NCBI GenBank assembly: GCA_002189035.1
Contig: CM007992.1
Span: 248,001-312,000, forward strand
Source of the DNA: Utricularia gibba
Lineage: Eukaryota > Plantae > Magnoliophyta
Length of the DNA stretch: 64,000 bases
Direction of reading: 5' to 3'
Positions within the stretch are counted from its first letter, which is position 1, and each line of letters opens with the position of its first letter. The notes beneath the pieces were generated by a model that did no database searches, had not been told where the DNA came from, and worked only from the letters and a program-made list of their open reading frames with translations. Both the position numbers and the translations under genes were made by a program. This document shows, one piece after another, positions 51,504 to 64,000 of the stretch.

Positions 51504-54031
51504 TTTTTAAGGGCGGGTCGTTTTGGGGGTATTATTTTTCAGCAGCAACAGAAACAGGAGAAAGAAGACCCTTCTGAACCAAACCGCTGCCTGAGCTTGG
51601 CTGAATGGCTAGCTGCAATGATATTTCCTAAAGAATTGGATTATCAAGAAGAAGTGGTAAAAGTCTGCAGATCTCTAGTTCAGAATTCAGGACCAACAGT
51701 CACTATTCAGTGACAATATTTCAACAACCAACGACGTTGGAGAGACCTGTCAAAGCCAACACAATACAGGTATGAGAGGAGGACCACCAAAACCACAGAC
51801 AAGAGGAATTGACTGAGAACATCAAACCAATGCTGCAACAAAGGGTTTCCGAAATTGAGCAATCAGTGACTAAACAAGGCTAGAATTCCAAGAATCTAGT
51901 CAAGCAATCATATTGACAATGTTCCCATCAATAAACAACCGTTTTCTTTCAGAATCGAGAAGAATAGCACATGATTACAGAGGTATAAACTTAGAAAATG
52001 TACATAACAGCATCAAAAGATAGAGAAGTTGAGTGCTTTGCTTGAACTAATCGATTCAGAAAAGAAACCCCGTTAAAGAAGGCGCTCCAACTTACCTTTG
52101 AACAAAAAACAACTACAGTGTGAGATGATGAAAGAGCTCGTCTTCTCCATTAAAGACAGGAAGAAAGGGGAAAACAAGAAAAATAAGGCAGTGGGCGAAA
52201 AAGGTACAGTGTGAGATGATGAAGTTCGCCACTGACGAATAAGAAAAGAAACTCAACCCCACCATCAAATTTTACAGTGAGGGTTTACCCAACAAAAGCC
52301 GCAAAAAACCAAGGCATTAAAGACGAGCTGTCCCAAAAATTTGCTAGCCACCATGACAACACGATGTTCTCTGAAAAAACCCAGATTCAGAATTTATCGC
52401 TATCATCTATCTCTTCAGATTGAGCACAAACCGCCCCACCATCAATACCTCTCAGACTCCACCGTCCATATTCTCTGCTTTTCATACAATGAATCAAGAT
52501 CTCCATTTTTTCGCATGTAAAATCTTTAAAATAAGCAGCACAGAGATTGCGAAAAGTGGGATCCATGTAGAAAATTCTCCCACTTTTTTCAGCCTTTCAT
52601 CTTCATCGTGGAATATGGGACCCCTGAGTCGATAAAAATACATGCACCCCCACAGTGTTTGGCACGCCAAGCTGACACTATTGCACCCTTTATGATAAAC
52701 TTTATATTCTTTTTCCCTCTTCTTCTGCTTGGAATTTTCTCCCATGGCATAATTCCTTTTATGGAAGAACGAATGGCTTCCTTTCATCCATCCCTTTCTC
52801 CCGTACTTCAATGAAAGTGGCATCCAGTCCAGGCCATAACACACCAACCATACCTTTTTTCCCAATCAAAGGAACAAATAAAGTCTCCAAATTCTCCATT
52901 AAAGTAGAGGAATATTGAAACTTAACAGACGGATTATTCGATCTTGACTTCAATGAAACCACAACACTCCATAAAGATCCATTTTTTATTGCCTTCTTCT
53001 TCAAAGTGCAGCTAAAATGAGCAGAGCCCAGGTGACAGTACATGTGCAGAGGAACGATAGTGCAGATGCCTTCACAATTCAAACTTTAGCGCATAAAAAA
53101 GAAGGATAGATAGCCAAGGTCTCGACGCAAATGAAAAAAACCGATGGATTTTATGGGTCTTGGACCTGGCGGACAAACCATGAGCACGTTCCCTCTTGCG
53201 TTCTTATCCTTCTCTCTTTGCTTCAGGACACATCGCAATCCGCACGTTAATGCTCTCACCTCCACCGGCCCCTCCCGCAACTGTCCAAAATCCCGAGGGT
53301 ATTGAAGTCCTGCCATGTCGGGGTTGCTCTGAGTCAAGCATCAACGGTCAGCAATTTCTAATGGGCTTCATCTGGCCTTTATTAATTGGGCTTTTAGGCC
53401 AGCCCGTCATAGTAAGGCCCAAATCACGTAGATCAGCCCAAATTTGTTTAATTGGACCTTAGGATTTAACATTTTAATACAGTATCTTGGGCCTCGCAAA
53501 TGGCCCTGCAAGACCATAGCTATAAAGGCCCTGCCGGACAGCATGTTGATCTTAGGACCAGAAAGAGGAAACAGCTTTCTCACATGAAGAGGAAACACAG
53601 CAGCTCCGACATGAAGAGAAGCCGCATCAAGAACGAAATGGCGTCGAAATGAGAATAAAGTTGATTAATTTTCTGCAGGAATGAGGAGTGGATAGAAATG
53701 GTGGACTCCCAGTACACCAACGATGGATTGCAGCAAGTTCATGCACTCCATCAGATTGGTTTCAGAACAATTCAAACTACTCCATGTAATTAGCATGTAA
53801 TCACGAAAGATGAAGCAAAGATAAACGAATCCAGGAGAAGTGGAATGCAGAAAGCATCAGGGGGATTCAGCGAAAGAGAATATTGAATTGAGAGTGCAAA
53901 TTTTATAAGCAATGGATAGGGGAAAAGCGTAGAACAGTTCGAGAAAGAGTCAATCACACTGCCTTCACTAAGCACTGAATAGAAAATTATCGAAGTAAAA
54001 ATTGGGAGCGACTGACCAAAGAACCAATCGA

Positions 54032-54472
54032 CTAATCGATGGTCTGCATAATATCTTCAGCAGTGAATTTGGTACCCTTGTCTTTGTCCACGGCGGCGCG
54101 TCCCTTAGCCTTGCGATCGAGGAGCGACTTGCGATCTTTGTCGAGGCGGAGCTTGGTGATGACAACCTTTGACGGATGAATGCCGACGTTGACTGTGGAG
54201 CCGTTGGCCTTCTCCCGAGTGATGCGCTCGATGTGGATACACCACTTCTTGCGGTAAACCTGGACTATTTTACCCTCACGCCCCTTGTAGGTTCCGCGCA
54301 CAACCTGCACTTCGTCGTCCTTCCGCACCGGCATCGATCGAACGTTGTACTTGGTACGGAGATCGCGGGTGAGCGGCGCGCTCATAATAACGCGGCGCAC
54401 GCTCGAAGGCGCCGTGAAATGCGCCTTCCGGTTCTTGCGACGGGAGGACGAGACGCGAGGATTGTACTTCAT
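54032..54472 (-). CDS. RPL26: 60S ribosomal protein L26 (uL24), intronless
   Basis: [24 protein letters not shown]...; telo-box (TAGGGTTT, ~54528) and site II TGGGCY elements upstream. Confidence 0.98.
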   Translation of the reverse strand: MKYNPRVSSSRRKNRKAHFTAPSSVRRVIMSAPLTRDLRTKYNVRSMPVRKDDEVQVVRGTYKGREGKIVQVYRKKWCIHIERITREKANGSTVNVGIHPSKVVITKLRLDKDRKSLLDRKAKGRAAVDKDKGTKFTAEDIMQTID

Positions 54473-55466
54473 CTCTTCGTCGTCCCTGTTGCTGTGGTTC
54501 CTTCGGATCTGAGATACTGCGACTTGCTAGGGTTTCCAGAGGTTTTAAGAGGAACGCAGCCCATCACATATGGGTCAGCCTGACGATTAGCCCATATGAA
54601 TACAATCAACGGGCCCAAAAGTTTCAACACTAGTTACCTTGGGCTTCACTTCACTTGAACGTGATGCGCATGCCTTACCAGTTACCACCAGTGTACATTA
54701 TGTAACTACGAAATTACCCCTCACATCTCAAAAGACATCATCATCTCCCAGCCGGCAGCCACTCCCTAACCAAGGAGGTAAAAGTAATTGTCTCACTTTC
54801 AATTTTCGAATAAACATATAATTAAATATCACTCTAGAATATAAAATATTATTATATATTAAGTAATTTTTTAATTTATATATTTAATATAATGAATGAA
54901 ATATTCAATCAATTTTTTATTTCAATTCTTACTCATACTAAATCTAATTTAATAATATTATATATTATTAATAATATATTATGAATTAAATATTCAAACA
55001 ATTCAATAATATTCATAATTTTCAAATTATTTTATTTGACTATAAATTAATTTCACTCACATTAAATACTAATTAAATTAAAACATTCTATATTAACCAT
55101 TGCGGGGATACCTTGATCTCAAATGACATTAGCTGCATGTGCCCTCCGATGCATCAAGTGCCCATGTTGAGATTGGAGCCCTAGTTTAAAGAAACTTGTA
55201 ACATAGAATCCATAGCGAGGCCACCGGATCTGCATAGATTAGATAGCCTCATCAATCGATGTACGGTATAGTTCGTTGCTTTCGCTTGGCACAAGCAGTT
55301 AAGTTTCCACGTCCAGGGACAGTAGGAATGAATGAGTCTCCTCAACACGCAGTTAATGCCCTCGCTGCCTCAACTTAATTGCCTGCATCCACCAACGCGC
55401 AGCGCAGGAGCATCCTCATTTGCTTCTTCCCCGCCGCCTTCTTCTCCGACTTAAGCCTCTACGACG

Positions 55467-57187
55467 ATGGAGAGTGGAAGCAGAAGCTGGGATGAGCTGG
55501 ACGTACGGGGAATGGGAACCATCTATGAAGAAGAAGAAGATTTGTCTTCCTCCAATCTCAATACCCCTGAATTCAGCATCTCTTCCACCCCCTCAAAGAG
55601 TTCCCGGTACTTTCATCATCTGCTTCTTCTTTCGTCTCGAAATGGAGTTTGAAGTTAATTTATCAGTTTCTTTTTTGCAAAATGAAGACCGAGGGATCGA
55701 GATTTTGCTCACAGGTTAATGGGCGGTGATCAAGAAGTGAGCGTCTACGTGCAGGGGTCGTGCTTCCGCCTTCACAAGGTTCTTTGTGTCGTCGTTGATT
55801 CTGCAGATGGGTAGCTTTCAGTGTCATTACTGGATGAGAATCATCACAGTTAGATAGTAACTGGACAGTTGTTTACGTTAGGAATCGTTAAACTTTAAGT
55901 AAATGTGAAGCTGAAAAGTTCTGAAACTCACTGGAAATGGTGGTGGATGGTGCATTTACTTCTCTCTGTTTTCTTCAGAAGCCATTGATGGCGAGGAGCG
56001 AGTATCTGCGACGGCATCTTAACGGCGTCTCCGAGATAACGCTGTCTCCACCGTTAAACTTAACGGCGCAGACATTCTCGTTAATTGCAGATTTCTGTTA
56101 CGGCGCAGCCCTCGCCATAACCCCGTTCAACGTCGCGGCGCTCCGGACGGCAGCGGAGATCCTGGGGATGACCGCGATCTCCGCGTCCGGGGACGAGAAC
56201 CTGTTGCAGAAAACGGAAGCGTACCTCCGCCGAGTAGTCGACGTTAATGGAGAGTGCGCATCGATTGTTCTGGAGTCGTGTTTCTCTCTCCTCCCGGAGG
56301 CGGAGACGGCGGCGGCGCTGGTGAGCAGATGCGTAGAGACCTGGAGCATCACGATCGCGGGAGAAGCCAACGATCTCACCTGCTTAGATGGATTCAAATG
56401 GGTAAAAATTGAGGAACTGGATTTGATTTTATCTGCCCTAACTCGCCGCCTCAGTCAAAGCCACGATGTTCTTTACACAATCATCGATATTCATCTCAAG
56501 GTAAATCTCCATCTTCTTCTCGCCTGCAATTTCAGAGAATGAATTCATTCAGCTTCATCGATTCAGGCGAACATCTCGAAGGTGAATGAAGACCAGAAAA
56601 CTCAACTGTGTAACTACATAGATTGCAGCATACTATCTCCAAGAGTGCTGATGCACGCAGTGAACAACGGGAGAATGCCTCTGAGATTCGTGCTCCAGGC
56701 GATGTTCATGGAGCAACTCAACACCCGGCATTACATAACCTCCGACCCTCAGATCAAAAAGCACGGCAGAAAAGAGGATCCGGTGACTCTCGGCTCGATT
56801 CTCCAACACGAAGCGGCTCTCCGTCAAGTCGCAGACCTAAAAGCCGCCATGAACGCTACAAACTCAAGAATACAGTTCCTGGAGAGAGAATTAAGCACAA
56901 TGAGGAAACTTCTAAGCGAATCGGAATCCATCCGTAGCAGGATCCATTCTGGCAAATCCGCGAGTTTCCGATTGAACTCCGACGGTAGAAAAATTGGAAG
57001 AAACCAAAAAGGATCCATTTCATCGATCAATTTTCGCGAGATGCCGACACAGCCTCCTGCATGGACCGATGGATCGTCATCTGGAAAGGAGAAGAAATTA
57101 GGCAAAGGGTTCATCAAAGGATTGATGATCGCACTCCGACTCCATAAGAAAAGAACGATGGCATGTCCCCAGAGACCGATGATGTAA
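55467..57187 (+). CDS. BTB/POZ-NPH3 domain protein (At3g49900-like), 4 exons
   Basis: GTIYEEEED, FRLHK|KPLMARSEYL, FCYGA..ITPFNVAALRTAAEIL, SHDVLYTIIDIHLK and HAVNNGRMPLRFVLQAMFMEQL. Confidence 0.88.
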
Positions 57188-57368
57188 AATTGTGAAGTTC
57201 TGGGAAATTGAGGATTTCCATCACTGCGACGGCGCATCCACCCGGAGTAACCAGGTTAAAGGTAATCGCCGGCGGACAGGAAACTCAAGTTAGTTGAACA
57301 GGAGGACCTGATGGGTAAGATCTTTCCTTCATTTCCCATCCCCGGGCATTGTTAATATTAGTTTGACT

Positions 57369-58126
57369 CTAATGTTTGACATCATCTTTAGTCTCTGAAA
57401 CTCCTTGGCGTTCGTCACCCGTAACACGAGATGAAGTTCTCCCGTCTTCTGAAAGCGTCTTAGCTTTTCGCCTCCGCTTCACCTTGTTCCTCTTTGGTTC
57501 AACAGCTGTGTATCATGTCACCTGGCTCAGGCATAACTCAACGGCGGCACGAAGATCGGAAACACGGAGCAAAATCCTACCTGAAATCTGGGTAGTGGTA
57601 TTGGACCCTAATGAGCTATTTGCGACGTCCGAACTGCAACAATCCTTCCCGTAATCATTAGAAAACAGAGGGCCAATCATGTTCCTCCGACGGAATGCCG
57701 ATTCTTTCAGCTTCTTCTTTCGAATCTTCTTCCTCTGGGCTCTTGTTAACTTCTGAGTACCCGCCTCTGCGCCACTACTAGATTGAGAAGAATCCCCTCC
57801 ATTATTCTCCGGCTCATCCCCTTCATTATTAAACCAAAAGCCCGACTTACATATCCAAAGCGCTACAGAAATCTCACTGCGTACTTTCAACAAACACCTG
57901 GTGGGTATGTGGAGATCAGCTGCTTCGCCTCCTCCTCGCCCTCATCTGCCTGTACGCGCAACAAAAAAAATAAAAGAGCGGACATAACACAATGAAATCA
58001 CGAAGAGCAGATGATCGTTACTTCCGGAGGAGGAGGAGATTCAGGTGGCGGATAGAGGATCCTCAAAAGTGCGTCGTGAAACTTCTTTCGACGCTCCTCA
58101 GCTCTGTTCATCTTTCGCGAAATCAT
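57369..58126 (-). CDS. Uncharacterised basic protein, 4 exons
   Basis: The spliced frame MISRKMNRAEERRKKFHDALLRILYPPP|ADEGEEE..|G DEPE...QKLTRAQRKKIRKKKLKE...IGPL..|VEPKRNKVKRRRKAK closes with canonical GT-AG introns. Confidence 0.72.
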
Positions 58127-59250
58127 TTTCGTAAATGGAGTAAATTGATTAATATACGCTCCTTGTTGGGCTTATCGTGTCAGTCATAATTAATTATTTG
58201 GGCCACGAAATAGCTCAAAGGCCCTCAATTAAATTCATGCCATTTCAGGCCCAATTCAAGAATTCACAACCGACCCTCCAGTCCAGTATACAAGAATTGA
58301 ACAAACAAATTATTTTTCGATTACGAATATATTAGAGTACATTAGTTAAATTATACTTTTGATAGAAAAATACTTGAATTTTACAATGGAATCGGAGGTA
58401 TTTATAACAATATGTTCTATAATAATATGGAGTAAATGGTGGGAATCACCCTAATGAGACTTCAATTGTAATTGTTGGTCATTTAGAAAAGTTATCATTC
58501 TGTCTTTATTTTTTTATATACTAAGATCAATTTTTTTTTTACATTTATCTACCATGTTTTTCACATAATTAGAAGAGGATGACTACTTTTTTAATATATC
58601 CTTGTAATTGTTTTACAAGATATAAAATGAATGAAGAAAGAAGAATGTGTATTTAAATGAATGATTGCTATAACCAGCATTAGAAATTCTATAAAACTTA
58701 CCATCTTAATAACCCTTTTTTTGTACATATCATATCATAAAATAGTTAATGAAAATTTTAATATTGATATTGAAAAAGAAAATGATACAAAGGACAAGTC
58801 AGGGTATGAGAATGGAACTGGAGATGGGCATCGGGTGGGGGAGAATCCAACGCTGATGGTGACATGACGAGGGTGCTTAATTTGGAGGCTGACAATCTTC
58901 AGAACCAGAGACGGGTTTCTGGGTAACGACTGGGGATCAATGTCTTAAATGAACTTCACAAGAGCTGAAAAAAGATTTCTGCTTTTCTTTTCTTTACGAA
59001 AAAGGGTTGGTATTGCAGAGAGCTTTAGCTCTCCTGCACCCTCCACTCTTGCTGTTTCTGCTCTCATGTCCTTCTCAATCTCCATCCTCGTTGACCTCTC
59101 TCCCCTTTTATGGCGTTAAATTTGATGCTAATCAGGCTCTGTAAGGCGATTCAAGCCATCGACTGATATCCAGCGGGACAAAGTCTTGTGTTTTCCTCTC
59201 ATATTCTTCTTACATGGCCTAGGTTTCATGAACGAATGCATGGAATGAAT

Positions 59251-59278
59251 GGATGGATGGATGGATGGATGGATGGAT
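59251..59278. repeat. (GGAT)7 microsatellite
   Basis: Seven perfect GGAT units. Confidence 0.95.
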
Positions 59279-60963
59279 TGATTCCTGTGCCAAAGGACTG
59301 CGAAACGAGCAGTAGAATATACCTTTAGACAGTTGCTTTCCGGGGTGGGTGGGTCTGTTTCGAATGAGTTAGTAGCAGCAATAACCCTAACAATGTGTGT
59401 TTTCATAGCTCCTGAGCGTGAAGCACCATGGTGTTTACAGATGGATCCGGAGGCAAAAGAAGTATAAAACATGTGTATTTCAATGGGTAGTGGTGCAGAA
59501 TGCAGATCCCGATGAAATTGGAGAGCCGATAAGATGATGCCGGTTCGAAAACGTCGTTGCATCTGCTGCCTTGTTTTCTTTACAAAGCTTTTGCAGAGGA
59601 GAAAGGAAAAGAGAAAACCCTAGATTCCTGTACGATGAGCTTTGGAGAAGAGTTCCTTTTCTCGTGGGGCACCCGATCAGATCGCCCTCTCAGCCCACTC
59701 GGATGATTTCTGTCTTTTTGGGTTGTCTCAGCAAAATGCCGATCAACTGGAGGGGCGAAAAGCGAAGCCCGCCTGCCTGTGGCTTCGTGAAGGAGAGAGG
59801 TCCCCCGTCCTCCCTCCCCGCTGCTTTTCAAGGGGATTCAGCTGAAACGAAGCACACTAACACTATACATCCTTGGCAAACATTTTTGTTAATTAAATTT
59901 AATATTTGTTCTTACAACCCACAAAGCATGGCACTTTGCCCACACGAAAACGAATGCTACTGGCTAGCTATGGAGATGAGGGAGAGAGAGGAGAGGCCTG
60001 CTGCTGGGGTACTTGGCCGTGGGCAGAATCCAGAAGCACACAGTGCTTCTGGCCATGGAGAGAAATCTGTGCGAAGATATCTTCTCAGAGGAATTGGGTC
60101 AGCTCGCCGGTCATCAATAAATCACTGCATGTCGACATTTATTTGAGCTGAGGAGTAGGACAGCATTACGACTGAGACAGGCAACCCATGTGTTCGTTTG
60201 TTAATAATCTGATCAAATTGTGAAATCAAAATTTGATCTTTTCATTACCATGTACGAGGTGTGTGCACTTAATGTTCTTGCAGACTGCATACAGGCATCA
60301 GTTTCTCTGGGTACTGCGATGGGGGGTGGCAGTTCACATTGTCCTGCAGGAGACACTGGTTTTCTCCAGTCGGCAATAGTGCGGCACCTGTTTTGGACCT
60401 TAGGGTGTTTTGCGTTGTCTGTTTCAAGAAGTAGCTGTTGTCTGTGGAAGTGTAGGATGCTGCTGCTGGAAAATAAATGCAAGTTTTTGTTGTTAATGAA
60501 ATGAAATGAGAAAATCAAAAGGGATGTTACATAAAAAAAAGTGGATTAATGATGGATTTTAGCAAGCGCAGATCCCGATGGAATGCAGGAAGGATTCCTA
60601 GCATTGTTTGCTGGAGCTCATTCTTTTTGTTTGAGTTTAAAGAGCGCTGCTTTGTGCTCTTTAGAAATCTTTTCAGAGGATAAAAAAAGCAAAAGGAGGC
60701 AGTACACAGATTGAGACACATTTGCTTTGGACTAGATTTTGTTTAAGATTTTACTCATGCCAGCAGCTATAAAACGGAAGAAGTGTGAAGAATCCAGGAG
60801 AGGGTGTGGGAGAGTTATTTCAAATGGAGAGCGAGAAGATCCGCTTGAGACATGATCATTATTTTATTTCTTTCCAATGATTGACTTGCTTTCTTCAACT
60901 TGAGAGAACTTGCCCAGAATCTTCCCCTTTTCTCGTTTTCCTGTCTGAAGTTGAGAATGCAAG

Positions 60964-63523
60964 ATGAACAGTGATATTAACAACAACAGTAACTGGTTGG
61001 GGTTCAAACTATCTGGCTCTAACATGGAAGCGTCCGCATCAGCTCATCAGCAACAACAGCCTTGTTTGAGTCTGGTTTCAAGTAGCTCTGTAGTTCCCAT
61101 GAGTTTCTCTTCTTCAAGTTTTGCTTTTCCAGGGATTTGCTACGCAGGCGTTGAAGGTGAAAATGCAGCAATGAACACACCTTTGATTGTTATGCCACTA
61201 CAGTCTGATGGCTCATTGTGTTTAATGGAAGCTGTAAACAGACCACGGCTTCATCCAGGTTGTTCGTTTGTTTGATCTGGACTGCACTTTCTTTGAAAAA
61301 AAGTTACCTTGGTGAATATACTTTGTTTTTTTCACTATGAAGGTATGGTGCATTCGACTCCAAAACTGGAAGATTTCTTTGGGGGAATAGCGATGGGGAC
61401 CCATCACTTTGACAGAGGAGGAATGGTGCTCAGCCTTGACAGTGTGTACTATCAGCAAAACCCTGAAAACCAAGCCAACAATGGCCATGATTTTTTAGCT
61501 CATCATCACCAAGAAGCCTCAAGGCATCGCCAAATCCAGGCTCAAGATTTCACAGATTACTCAACTTTTCGTGGCCAGGAAATGTACCAAGCTTCACAGA
61601 CAGAGACTCCAAAGGATTCCCAGTTCAATCTTCACCCCCCTGCAGCAATGGCTGCTGATGAAGTCACTGGAATGAAAAGCCGCGTTTCAGCATGTTACCA
61701 GGAAAACCAGAAAATGGCTCTTCGTGGGGATGAAAGCGCTTCTAAATCTGCAGCAATGGGGTCTATTGGTTATGGGGATTTGCATTCTCTGAGCTTGTCC
61801 ATGCGCCCTGGTACACAATCAAGCTATGTCAATGGTGGTGGGGCTCACAATCTTCAACCTTCAATCCGTGAGTGTATTGCTCCGGAGAATAAAAAAAGGG
61901 GCCCTGAGAAAGTTGATCAGAATCAGACTATGCATCGCAAATCTATTGATACGTTTGGACAAAGAACTTCTCAGTACAGAGGGGTTACAAGGTTTCATCT
62001 TTTTTCCTTACTGACTTCATTTTTGCATGCTCTTTCCTCTTAATACATATCTGTGAATGAACAGGCATAGATGGACAGGAAGATATGAAGCTCATCTGTG
62101 GGACAATACCTGTAAGAAAGAAGGTCAAAGTAGAAAGGGGAGACAAGGTAAAATTCTCCTGGAAACACAATTTTCTCAATCATGCTATGTTTCACTCACT
62201 AGCTTCTTTTGCTTCCCTGCTTCGCTGATGACCCTGCTCCAGTTTACTTAGGTAAATTTTCCTTAAGAAATCAGTTTGTACTTCAAAATTTTCGCCTCAG
62301 GTTTCGATGAAAACTAACAAATGCAGAGTGTAGGTGGATATGATATGGAGCAAAAAGCAGCTCGGGCTTATGATTTAGCAGCACTCAAGTACTGGGGAGC
62401 TTCCACTCACATCAATTTCCCTGTATGTGATTACTGTTCCGCATTCCCTTACTGCCTGTAATTGCAAAAGTCCAATAGTAAAAACTCAATTCAGTTGGAG
62501 GATTACCAACAAGAACTGGAAGAAATGAAGAATATGAGCAGACAGGAATACGTTGCTCACTTAAGAAGGTGCTTCTCTTTCCCCAACGTTTCGATTTTCA
62601 AACTGTCGTCTTCTTAAATAAAGTTTGGACCTTGTGCAGGAAAAGCAGTGGTTTTTCGAGGGGAGCCTCGATTTACAGAGGAGTTACAAGGTCTTAATGC
62701 GATATTAACAATAATAACACAGCTTAGCTTTTGAAGTCTGAGGTTTGTTTCTCTTTTAGCAGACATCATCAGCATGGGCGTTGGCAAGCTAGAATCGGCA
62801 GAGTTGCAGGGAACAAAGATCTTTATCTCGGGACCTTCAGTGAGACTTTTAAATACCCAGAAAGAGTGAAATTTTCATCCATTTCTTCTTAGATTTGCTG
62901 ATGCTTAAGACATTGTATCAGGTACCCAGGAAGAAGCTGCAGAAGCGTACGACGTAGCTGCGATCAAATTTCGAGGTGTAAACGCTGTTACAAACTTCGA
63001 TATTTCCCGTTACGACGTTGAGCGCATCATGGAGAGCAGTACGCTACTTTCCGGTGAAACTGCGCGCCGCAACAAAGAAGCAATCACATCAAACGAACCC
63101 ATACTCGCGCACCCAAGTTACGCGAACGACAACGTGGATTTCGATCCATCTTCGAAGAGCTGCTACGACTGGCGAATGGGTCTGTATCATCAGAAGCCCA
63201 CCCCAGAGAATTTCAGCATTCCCCCAAATTCTTCACCGGCGATGATGGGTATTGGAGCAATCACCGCCAATCAACAAGGCGTCGACGAATCTGAGGTTAA
63301 ATTTACAGGGTATTTGTCGAATCCCTCATCGTTGGTGTCAAGTTTTGACAGTTCCAGAGAAGAGAGCCCGGATCGGAACAATGAGTATACCTTGGGATTC
63401 GCGATACCGCCGCCGCCGATTGGGCCGCATATTCTGCCGGTTTCGACCACAAGTTCCTGGGTTCCGGCGACGCAGATGAAGCCTCAAATACCGCTTTTTA
63501 CCACATGGGGCGATGGATCGTAG
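60964..63523 (+). CDS. ANT: AINTEGUMENTA-like AP2 transcription factor (euANT), with 9-nt VYL microexon at 62243..62251
   Basis: [48 protein letters not shown]|[16 protein letters not shown]|VYL|GGYD and second AP2 domain [25 protein letters not shown]. Confidence 0.96.
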
Positions 63524-63857
63524 GGCATTTTGCCCTGGGTGCTCAGATGTCTCGGGGTCCCCTTCTGTCAGCAAGCCATGCTACTGTGATCCGCGAGTGA
63601 TTATTACACTATAATTAGGATCACCCTCCTTCATCCTTTGACCTCTTTTCCTGCCTACACTCCTACAGTAGCTGTCTGTTTAAGTTTAGAAATAGGGCCA
63701 GTTGAGTTTGTATTCAGTGAGAGGCTCTGAATATGAAATGGGTACTTGGAGAAGATGGGGATTTTTCGTTGAGCCCCCTGCAACAGGGAAATACAATACA
63801 ATGATACAGCACAAAAAAATGAATCCCACACCTGAACTTCCTTTCCTCCTGCTTCAA

Positions 63858-63986
63858 TTAGAACAGGAAGAAGCATGGTGAACAATAGGTAGATTTTGGA
63901 TCCTTCTTAGTTTGTGAAGAGTTGGCTTCCAAGAGTAACGGTTGTGGTTCCTTCTCCGATAACCGTTGTCCGGGATATCTCGTTCT
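63858..63986 (-). other. Possible last exon of a gene lying mostly beyond the window
   Basis: After a TAG that could be a splice acceptor, an open frame RTRYPGQRLSEKEPQPLLLEANSSQ...CFFLF* converges on ANT. Unidentified. Confidence 0.25.
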
Positions 63987-64000
63987 CTAGTATCTGTTCC

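Noticed and set aside
53180-53305. 41-aa ORF MSTFPLAFLSFSLCF... resembling a secreted peptide precursor
   Set aside because: No recognised peptide motif. Joining it to the neighbouring SPPPAP frame needs an ad hoc indel of the opposite sign to those seen elsewhere.
57821-57897. Suspected ultra-short (35-50 nt) intron in the uncharacterised gene
   Set aside because: A normal 77-nt GT-AG intron keeps the frame.
59128-60146. 144-aa and 191-aa ORFs upstream of ANT; possible miRNA precursor
   Set aside because: Non-ATG starts, repeat-derived residues and no domain. I found no match to conserved miRNA families I recall and no long fold-back.

Overview
This is eukaryotic nuclear DNA from a flowering plant (eudicot), not a prokaryote. 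It holds about 28 protein-coding genes plus one tRNA-Ala(UGC) gene in 64 kb, roughly one gene per 2.3 kb. Most introns are 60-95 nt, spacers are a few hundred bp, and there is almost no transposon DNA. This compaction suggests a miniature genome such as Lentibulariaceae (Utricularia/Genlisea), which is inference only. Gene order: BAG8 (partial), UGD, MDP60/TPX2-like, tRNA-Ala, LONGIFOLIA/TRM, a decayed Ty3/gypsy pol relic, RPL39, ABCB27/ALS1, COBRA, DnaJ-type Zn finger, BLOS2, CONSTANS-like, TMEM33-like, UMP1, MCU, ELO/HOS3, a possible orphan ORF, EF-hand protein, LEA_2, APETALA2, DREB-A5, SCE1, IRX15, ABCF4, KAI2, ACBP3-like, NPY-type NPH3, RPL26, BTB-NPH3, an uncharacterised protein, AINTEGUMENTA. 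I found no CRISPR array, no intact mobile element and no unambiguous new biological system. The most notable observations are: (i) five otherwise intact genes each lack exactly one base at a short G/C run, probably a long-read consensus error; (ii) precise loss of the conserved intron between exons 2 and 3 of AP2; (iii) an internally deleted gypsy relic; (iv) a tRNA wedged 115 bp after a stop codon; (v) motif clusters upstream of ANT and DREB-A5; (vi) altered ligand residues in the ACBP; (vii) a truncated CO-like tail. All exon boundaries were read by eye and are approximate unless stated.
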